A stretch of DNA of 29,436 nucleotides. Source: Leptolyngbyaceae cyanobacterium (GTDB lineage: Bacteria > Cyanobacteriota > Cyanobacteriia > JARCMD01). Each line of letters starts with the position of its first letter. The first letter of the stretch is position 1. Where the stretch lies: positions 1 through 29,436 of the forward strand of contig JAYKHH010000411.1 in NCBI GenBank assembly GCA_035285265.1, in the 5' to 3' direction. Under the pieces are notes generated by a model. It was given only the letters and a program-made list of their open reading frames with translations. It had not been told where the DNA came from and made no database searches. The position numbers and the translations under genes were made by a program. Below are positions 8,018 to 14,874 of the stretch, piece by piece.

Positions 8018-9790
8018 ATGTTTAGACATTGGTTTTCGAGCAACTTAGGAATTAGTCAAACTCGTAGGGAACAAGTATATCTCGATATATGCAAGGCGGT
8101 GACCCTAGAAGATGTTAGCTATTGGATTCAGGTTCTATTTGCAGCCGGGATCGCCACCCTAGGATTAGTGTTGAATAGTCCCGCAGTAATTATTGGCGCA
8201 ATGCTCATCTCTCCATTAATGGGAGGAATTCTTGCGAATGGACTAGCCTTAGCAACAGGCGATGTCATCTTGGCTATGCGGGCACTTTTAAATCTGATTC
8301 TGAGTTGTATAGTTGCTATTTCCTTTGCAGTACTACTCGTTTCTTTACTGCCTTTCAAGGAGATGACCAGTGAAATTGCTTCGCGGATTCGTCCCAATAT
8401 CTTAGATTTGGTAGTGGCTTTATTTTCTGGTGCAGTCGGTTCGGTTGCCATTTGCAAGGAATCCAAAGGAGTAGCAACTTCTGTTCCTGGCGTGGCTATT
8501 GCAGTGGCTTTAATGCCACCCTTATGTGTGGTTGGCTATGGTGTTGGAATCGCGATCAGTCTCGACCCTGCCAAAGGATTACAGGTGGCTAGTGGTGGCG
8601 GATTACTATTTTTTACTAATCTAGTAGCGATTACATTTACAGCCATGTTGGTGTTTTTAAGTTTGCACATTGACAATGATCAAGTCAAAGAAAAGGTAAA
8701 GGAATGGCGAGCAACAGATAAAGAAAGTCTATGGATGCAGGGCATTTTTGAACAATTACCTATCTACGATAGATTCAAGAAGATTGGCAGTCTTCCGGGT
8801 AGATTCTTGTTAATTTTTACTACCATTGGTCTCATAAGTTTCCCTCTGAATGAATCCTTAAGCCAACTCAGGCGTGAAATCGTTTCACAGCAGCAGGAAA
8901 ATAAAATTCGAGGATCAGCAACAGAAGTATGGCAAAAAGATTTTGCCAATTTCCCGACTGGTGAACCACGTTCTTATATCAGCAATATTGCCACTTTTGA
9001 ACAAAACAAAAAACTCGTTGTGCAACTTCAAGTTTTTAGCAGCAAACAGTATACAGCGGAGGAACAAAAAAAATATATTCAAATTTTAGCCAATCGTTTA
9101 AATAAGCCACCGGAATTAGTGGGATTGAAACTAATTGAAATTCCAACCACATCCCATGAGGTTTTGCATCAAGAAAAAATAGCCGTAAAAGAAGAGCAAC
9201 CTGCTGAGCCTTTAATCACCATTGCTCAGTTACAATCGAACTTATTACAAGAAGTACAATCTGCCTTGGCCGATATAGAGCTTCCAAAGCCTGCAAAATT
9301 GATCAACTATGAATTGATCACTGGCCCCCTCGAACCCTTTAGAGTTCGTTTAGTCTATTTAAGTGAGCGTAACATTGATGGAGATGCTCAAATTCTGTTG
9401 AGGGCTAGCATCAAAAATAAGCTTGATTACCAATCTGCAACAGTAACTATGCAGAGAATATCCACTGCTCCAGGAGTTATATCTTTTGAGTTAGACCAAT
9501 CGGTATTAACGCCCAATAATCAAAATTTATTAGATCGTATCGGGCAAATTTTGCAACAGCAACCTAATCTCAACCTAAACGTAACCATGAACCAGGAAGC
9601 AAATGAGCCAAAGGATATTATTCAAAGGCGATCGCAAGTGATTACTCAATATCTACAATCCAAATGGCAAATTAATCAGGACAGGATCGCAGTACAACCT
9701 GGGACTGAAACCCAACAAAATGCAAAACTTCAGTTCACCGTCAACCTGTCGAAGAATTTGCAACTGGGAAGTTTGGCAGCACCCCGTTGA
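8018..9790 (+). CDS. DUF389 (TIGR00341-like) multi-pass membrane protein with a long soluble C-terminus ending in an OmpA-like domain
   Basis: DUF389 motifs AVIIGAMLISPLMG, RIRPNILDLVVALFSG and PGVAIAVALMPPL. The C-terminal ISFELDQSVLTPNNQNLLDRIGQILQQQPNLNLNV...RRSQVITQYL...QDRI resembles OmpA_C. Confidence 0.75.
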   Translation: MFRHWFSSNLGISQTRREQVYLDICKAVTLEDVSYWIQVLFAAGIATLGLVLNSPAVIIGAMLISPLMGGILANGLALATGDVILAMRALLNLILSCIVAISFAVLLVSLLPFKEMTSEIASRIRPNILDLVVALFSGAVGSVAICKESKGVATSVPGVAIAVALMPPLCVVGYGVGIAISLDPAKGLQVASGGGLLFFTNLVAITFTAMLVFLSLHIDNDQVKEKVKEWRATDKESLWMQGIFEQLPIYDRFKKIGSLPGRFLLIFTTIGLISFPLNESLSQLRREIVSQQQENKIRGSATEVWQKDFANFPTGEPRSYISNIATFEQNKKLVVQLQVFSSKQYTAEEQKKYIQILANRLNKPPELVGLKLIEIPTTSHEVLHQEKIAVKEEQPAEPLITIAQLQSNLLQEVQSALADIELPKPAKLINYELITGPLEPFRVRLVYLSERNIDGDAQILLRASIKNKLDYQSATVTMQRISTAPGVISFELDQSVLTPNNQNLLDRIGQILQQQPNLNLNVTMNQEANEPKDIIQRRSQVITQYLQSKWQINQDRIAVQPGTETQQNAKLQFTVNLSKNLQLGSLAAPR

Positions 9791-9815
9791 GGGTTTGTGC
9801 AGTCTCAATTCACAG

Positions 9816-9914
9816 GGGAACACCTCGATTCATCGAGATTTTGTGGCGGATTCGCCACCCCACCCCCCCAATTCGTTCTTTTAGGGAGCAGGATTTGAAT
9901 TTTTCGAGGTTCCC
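9816..9914 (+). mobile_element. ~99-bp MITE, copy 1
   Basis: Ends are GGGAACACCTCGA ... GGATTTGAATTTTTCGAGGTTCCC, and it is homologous to the copies at 11334-11432 and 14706-14804. Confidence 0.75.
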
Positions 9915-10132
9915 AAGGTTAAGCTCGACTTTAGCCATTCCTGAAATCCTTGTAGGGTTGTGATTCTGGCATCTTAGAAATGCCGTCTGACTTTTTGAGA
10001 GGTCGGTCGATCCCCTTGAAATTCAAAAAGTCCAGCCGCAGCGTAGAACTCCAGGCTAGGCTGTCAGTTAGACGCAACGCCAATGGCTAAAGCCGAGCTG
10101 ATAGTAGTATGACGTTTGCAAAGGGTTTAACC

Positions 10133-11314
10133 ATGAGATATCGACGGTTTGGACGAACAGAATTGCAAATGCCGGTGTTTTCCTGCGGGGGAATGCGCTA
10201 TCAGTACAAATGGCAAGATGTCCCGCCCGATCAAATTCCACCGGACAACCAAGGAAACCTAGAGGCTACAATCCGTCAGGCTGTAGATCTAGGCATGAAT
10301 CATATTGAAACGGCCCGTGGCTACGGCACTTCGGAGATGCAACTGGGGCAGATTCTACCCACCTTTTCTAGAGATAAATTAATTGTGCAAACGAAGGTGA
10401 GTCCCTGTGACGACCCTCAAAACTTTCTGCAAACCTTTGAAAAGTCTCTCGCCTATCTGCAACTAGACTACGTGGATTTGTTGGGGCTGCATGGGATTAA
10501 CACCCCTGAGTTATTAGATCAAAGTATTCGACCCGGGGGCTGCTTAGCGGTGGCCCAGCAACTTCAGGCCCAAGGCAAGGTTCGTTTTATTGGTTTCTCA
10601 ACCCACGGCCCTACAGACGTGATCGTGCAAGCGATCGCTACCAACCAGTTTGATTACGTCAATCTCCATTGGTATTACATTAATCAAATCAATTGGCCAG
10701 CGATCGCCGCTGCCCAACAACACGACATGGGGGTTTTCATCATCAGCCCCTCCAATAAAGGAGGACTCCTCTACGAACCCTCCCAAAAGTTGGTTGATCT
10801 TTGTGCGCCCCTCAGCCCCATGGTGTTCAATGACCTATTTTGCTTAAGTCATCCTCAAGTTCATACCCTGAGTGTGGGAGCGGCTCGACCCCAAGACTTT
10901 GCAGAACACCTTAAAACCCTCAATTATTTAGATCAAGCTGCCGAGATTTTGCCACCGATTATTGAACGTCTGGAACAAGCCGCGATCGCCCAACTGGGAG
11001 CAGAATGGGTGCGTACCTGGTATCAGGGACTCCCCAAACCCGAAGATACCCCTGGAGAGGTGAGTATCCATACCATTCTTTGGTTGCGGAATCTGGCGAT
11101 CGCCTACGACTTAGTAGAGTACGGCAAGATGCGCTATAACCTCCTAGGCAACGGAGGACACTGGTTTCCCGGAAAACGGGCCGAAAATTTAGAAGACCTG
11201 GACTTAAGCCAGTGCCTAGCCCAAAGCCCCCATGCTGAAAAAATCCCCCAATTTCTAGCAGAAGCCCATCAGCTATTGGGTGGGGAGTCAGTCAAGCGTC
11301 TTTCTCAGCAGTAA
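10133..11314 (+). CDS. Aldo/keto reductase family oxidoreductase (ATG at 10133 preferred; the track starts at 10109)
   Basis: MRYRRFGRTELQMPVFSCGGMRY, NHIETARGYGTSE, LDYVDLLGLHG and GKVRFIGFSTHG. Confidence 0.88.
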   Translation: MRYRRFGRTELQMPVFSCGGMRYQYKWQDVPPDQIPPDNQGNLEATIRQAVDLGMNHIETARGYGTSEMQLGQILPTFSRDKLIVQTKVSPCDDPQNFLQTFEKSLAYLQLDYVDLLGLHGINTPELLDQSIRPGGCLAVAQQLQAQGKVRFIGFSTHGPTDVIVQAIATNQFDYVNLHWYYINQINWPAIAAAQQHDMGVFIISPSNKGGLLYEPSQKLVDLCAPLSPMVFNDLFCLSHPQVHTLSVGAARPQDFAEHLKTLNYLDQAAEILPPIIERLEQAAIAQLGAEWVRTWYQGLPKPEDTPGEVSIHTILWLRNLAIAYDLVEYGKMRYNLLGNGGHWFPGKRAENLEDLDLSQCLAQSPHAEKIPQFLAEAHQLLGGESVKRLSQQ

Positions 11315-11333
11315 ACCTTGTGCCCATCCGAAT

Positions 11334-11432
11334 GGGAACCTCGAAACATTCAAATCCACCTCCGTCAAAGAACGAGTTTGGGGGTTCTGGGGCCGCTTCG
11401 CCACCCCAAACCCTCGATTTATCGAGGTGTCC
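11334..11432 (-). mobile_element. ~99-bp MITE, copy 2 (inverted)
   Basis: The reverse complement reads GGACACCTCGATAAATCGAGG...GGCGAAGC...AAACTCGTTCTTT...GGATTTGAATGTTTCGAGGTTCCC. Confidence 0.78.
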
Positions 11433-11602
11433 TAATGGGTTGGAGATGCCGTAGTTTCTGGTATTTAGGCTCAGGCAAAAGATACAGCCGTTATGATTTA
11501 GGTTGACGACCCAATCAATGGTGAGTTAAGGCTATGAAGCAAAAACATTTTGATTTTATAACCCGGTGCTTTGACTTTGTAGCGATCAGATCAGCGATCT
11601 CA

Positions 11603-11807
11603 CTGCTCAAGCTTGGGACGAGTAAGTGTCATGCGATTTTGACTTAGAACAACAGGGCTTGTTATCGGTTTGGAATCTCTGGATGCAAGTTCAGGGATAC
11701 GCTTAAACCATTCGGGTTGTTTTGCGCGTGCTGTATGAACCACCCATTGCGAACCCGCAGGATGGGTGGTGTGGGAGGGGAGGGTTAAATGCTCTCCTCC
11801 ACCCGAT
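11603..11807 (+). mobile_element. Group II intron 3' remnant (class C-like): degraded maturase C-terminus plus domains V and VI
   Basis: Peptides LLKLGTSKCHAILT (from 11603) and LEQQGLLSVWNLWMQVQGYA* (11644-11706). D5 hairpin is CCACCCAT-TGCG-AACC-CGCA-GG-ATGGGTGG (11740-11769). D6 is GGGAGGGGAGGG-TTAAAT-GCTCTCCTCC-A-CCC with a bulged A at 11801, and the 3' end is ...ACCCGAT. Confidence 0.8.
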
Positions 11808-13624
11808 TAGCCTGAAATCGCCCCTACGCTATCTGTATCAGCAGCGTCGGAAAATCCTTTCCCTAGTTGCATATCCCAGAGTCCGGCATAAATACCACTC
11901 AGTCTCAACAACTGGTTATGAGTTCCCTGTTCCACAATTCGACCCTGATCCATGACGTAGATACAATCTGCGCTGCGAATCGTCGAGAGACGATGGGCGA
12001 TCGCAATCGTCGTTCGATTCTGCGTAATCTTAGCAAGAGATTTCTGAATTGCGGCTTCAGTTTCGTTATCTACGGCTGAAGTGGCTTCATCCAGAATCAA
12101 AATGGGTGGATCTTTGAGAATAGCGCGGGCGATCGACAGCCGTTGTCGTTGCCCCCCGGAAAGTTTCTGCCCCCGTTCTCCCACGATGGTGTCATAGCCC
12201 TGGGGCAGTTGCTCGATAAATTCGTGAGCTTCCGCTAATTTTGCAGCCTGGATAATCTGTTCACGACTGGCTTCAAAGCTGCCGTAGCGGATGTTTTCAG
12301 CAACTGTGCCGTGAAACAAAAATCCATCCTGACTGACCCAGCCGATACATTGACGCAAATTCAGTAAGTTGAGTTCGCGGATATCTGTCCCGTCAATTAA
12401 AATGCGCCCCCTTTGCACTTCATAGAATCGCAACAAAAGCTTGACAAGCGTACTTTTGCCCGAACCTGTTGCACCGACAATCCCGATGGTCGTACCAGCG
12501 GGAACCTGCAGAGAAAGCTGTTTGAGCACCGGGTTGCGACTGTTATAGGCAAAGGTAATGTCTTCAAATTGAACTTCACCCCGAAGGGTGCTGACCGATA
12601 AGGCGCGATCGCCATGAGGAATCGCAAGGGGGGTATCCAACAAGCCCATGACACGACGCACAGAAGCCATCGCTCGCTGATATTCGTCCATCATCTCGGT
12701 CAGTTCGGTGAAGGGCCAGAGCAGGTCTTGGACAATGAACACCATGAAGCCATAGGTTCCTACGCTGAGACGACCCTGGAGCACTTCTCGACCACCCAAA
12801 TACAAGGTCAGCACAAACCCTAGCAGGATCAAGAATCGCAGCAACGGTTGAAAGGCCACACTGAGGGCGATCGCTCGACTGTTACTGCGACGATATGCCT
12901 CACTTTCTTGAAAGACGCGATCGCTCTCATAGGCTTCAGCCGTGAAGCTTTTGATGGTGGCAATGCCAGGGAGATTGTTGGCAAGGCGATCGCTAATCAA
13001 TCCGGCCTGGTCGCGCACGGCATCGTAGCGGGGAGCCAGACGGGACTGAAAGGTCAGGGTGCCCCATAAAATAAAGGGAATCGGCACCATTGCAAACCAG
13101 GCGATCCCCGGAGCCAACAGCACAAAGCTAATTCCAACCGCGCCTACTCGTGTAAAAAAGCTAATCAGATCTTGGGCACCAAAGTTGAGAAACCGCTCAA
13201 GCTGGTTGATATCGTCATTGAGAATAGATAGTAAGGTTCCTGTACTGCGGTCTTCAAAGTAAGCCAGTTCGAGTTCTTGCAGGTGATTGTAGGTATCGAC
13301 GCGCAGTTCATGCTGCAAGGTCTGTGCCAGGTTTCGCCAGAGTTTGTCGGCGACGTATTGACTGAGAGATTCTAGCCCCCAGACGGCGATCGTCAGGAGA
13401 GATAGCACGAACAATTGAGTGAGTGGATCTTGAATGCCAAACCGAGCAATGAGCGAGGCTTCTTGCTCAACTACCACATCTACCGCAATGCCAATCAAAT
13501 AAGGTGGAGCAAGATCGAATAGGGTACGAAAGATAGAGCAGAGAATTGCGCCTGAAATTTTTGGTTGATAGGATTTTGCATAACGAAGCAGGTGCAAGAT
13601 AGGTTGAGCAGAACGAGTTACCAT
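11807..13624 (-). CDS. ABC transporter, fused TMD-NBD half-transporter (MdlB/Atm1-like exporter fold)
   Basis: N-terminal TM domain, Walker A GATGSGKST, signature LSGGQRQ, Walker B ILILDEATSAVD and H-loop IAHRLST. Confidence 0.9.
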   Translation of the reverse strand: MVTRSAQPILHLLRYAKSYQPKISGAILCSIFRTLFDLAPPYLIGIAVDVVVEQEASLIARFGIQDPLTQLFVLSLLTIAVWGLESLSQYVADKLWRNLAQTLQHELRVDTYNHLQELELAYFEDRSTGTLLSILNDDINQLERFLNFGAQDLISFFTRVGAVGISFVLLAPGIAWFAMVPIPFILWGTLTFQSRLAPRYDAVRDQAGLISDRLANNLPGIATIKSFTAEAYESDRVFQESEAYRRSNSRAIALSVAFQPLLRFLILLGFVLTLYLGGREVLQGRLSVGTYGFMVFIVQDLLWPFTELTEMMDEYQRAMASVRRVMGLLDTPLAIPHGDRALSVSTLRGEVQFEDITFAYNSRNPVLKQLSLQVPAGTTIGIVGATGSGKSTLVKLLLRFYEVQRGRILIDGTDIRELNLLNLRQCIGWVSQDGFLFHGTVAENIRYGSFEASREQIIQAAKLAEAHEFIEQLPQGYDTIVGERGQKLSGGQRQRLSIARAILKDPPILILDEATSAVDNETEAAIQKSLAKITQNRTTIAIAHRLSTIRSADCIYVMDQGRIVEQGTHNQLLRLSGIYAGLWDMQLGKGFSDAADTDSVGAISG

Positions 13625-13699
13625 TGGCTACGATGAATGATTTTATTAAGCAAGATCTGGCTAGCTTTCAGCCACTAGCCATGACTCTGAAAGAGGGCT

Positions 13700-14668
13700 T
13701 TATGATCTATTGACCAGATATTTATATAAATCATCAATGACGGCATGGGCTGCGAAGATATTCAGTCCTCGCCAGACAGAGAAATCGACGAAATAGACTT
13801 GGTTTTGCTGTGTTGCTTTAAGTTTTGGCCACAAAGGATTTTGCTGAATTCTGTCTATAGACGCTTGATCATTCTTCTGTAAGAGTGCAATAAAAATTAC
13901 ATCGCTATCAATTTTTGGCAGAACTTCCTCGGAAATTACTAAATCGCCATTTCCAGTTTCTTCAAATAGGGGATTTAGGATGCCAATATCTGCCAATATG
14001 TCACCTGCAAATGACTCCCGACGATTTATTGTTAATTGACCAGTGGCAACATAAAGAAATGATGTGCGAATCCTTTCTTTTTTATTCAAGATTTCTTTCA
14101 GGTCATTGATTCGCTGATTATAGTCATCCAATAATTGAGTCGCCATTTCTGTTTTTTCAAAGACTCTTGCTAAGTCTTTGATATGTTGTTTCCAATCTCC
14201 TTTAATTTCTTGCCAGGATAAGATAATTGTGGGTGCGATCGCTGGCAAATATTTATAAACACCCTCAAATGACGAATGCGAGATCACAATAATTAAATCA
14301 GGCTTGAGTGAGACAAGCGTCTCTAAATTAGGTTGCCCCGTTGGACTTCGCAAAATTTCAATCCCGTTTGATTTTGATTTAAAGTAATCAAAATCATCTT
14401 CAATCTCAGTTGTTATCCAGGTTGCGATCGGTTTAATGTCCAAAGCAAGAGCAGTCGCGAAACTATTAAAATCTAGTGTCACAACTCGCTGTGGATTAAG
14501 AGGAATACAGGCTTCTCCCCTTGCGTGTTCTACTACACGGCAATCTGTTGGGTTAGAACCTGAAACGGTAGAAGATTGAGGAACACGTTTAGTACAAGCT
14601 GAGATAAGTGAAAATATCAAAACTCCCAACAAAGCTAGGAAAACAATACGGCGAACAGAACGTTTCAT
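13700..14668 (-). CDS. Iron-siderophore ABC transporter substrate-binding lipoprotein (FhuD/FecB family)
   Basis: Lipobox LISAC; HARGEACIPLNPQRVVTLD, PNLETLVSLKPDLII and NPLWPKLKATQQNQVY. Located downstream of a TonB receptor. Confidence 0.88.
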   Translation of the reverse strand: MKRSVRRIVFLALLGVLIFSLISACTKRVPQSSTVSGSNPTDCRVVEHARGEACIPLNPQRVVTLDFNSFATALALDIKPIATWITTEIEDDFDYFKSKSNGIEILRSPTGQPNLETLVSLKPDLIIVISHSSFEGVYKYLPAIAPTIILSWQEIKGDWKQHIKDLARVFEKTEMATQLLDDYNQRINDLKEILNKKERIRTSFLYVATGQLTINRRESFAGDILADIGILNPLFEETGNGDLVISEEVLPKIDSDVIFIALLQKNDQASIDRIQQNPLWPKLKATQQNQVYFVDFSVWRGLNIFAAHAVIDDLYKYLVNRS

Positions 14669-14705
14669 GGACCAAGCTAACCTCAGTGTTTAACTGTCAG
14701 CATCA

Positions 14706-14804
14706 GGGTACCCCTATTAATCGGTTTATTGGGGCGGCGAAGCCGCTCCAATAAACGCAAACTCGTTCTTTTACAGGAGAGGATTTGAATTTTTCGAGGT
14801 GCCC
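14706..14804 (+). mobile_element. 99-bp MITE, copy 3, with a 4-bp target-site duplication (ATCA)
   Basis: ATCA|GGGTACCCC...GGATTTGAATTTTTCGAGGTGCCC|ATCA, with an internal hairpin GTTTATTGGGGCGGC-GAA-GCCGCTCCAATAAAC. Confidence 0.82.
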
Positions 14805-14820
14805 ATCAATGAATAGAAGA

Positions 14821-14868
14821 TAGGACTTACGCAGTTGAGAAATTTTGGGGCAAAGTCCGTAAGTCCTA
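14821..14868. repeat. 48-bp mini-element bounded by TAGGACTTACG / CGTAAGTCCTA inverted repeats
   Basis: Perfect 11-bp inverted ends around a 26-bp core, 6 bp after the TonB receptor stop codon. Confidence 0.7.
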
Positions 14869-14874
14869 GGAAAA

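Noticed and set aside
11600-11810. Intact mobile group II intron or integron
   Set aside because: There is no GUGYG 5' end, no RT domain, the maturase tail is frameshifted, and no integrase or attC array is present in the window.
11722-11955. 77-aa plus-strand ORF
   Set aside because: It reads through intron domains V-VI and antisense into the ABC gene.
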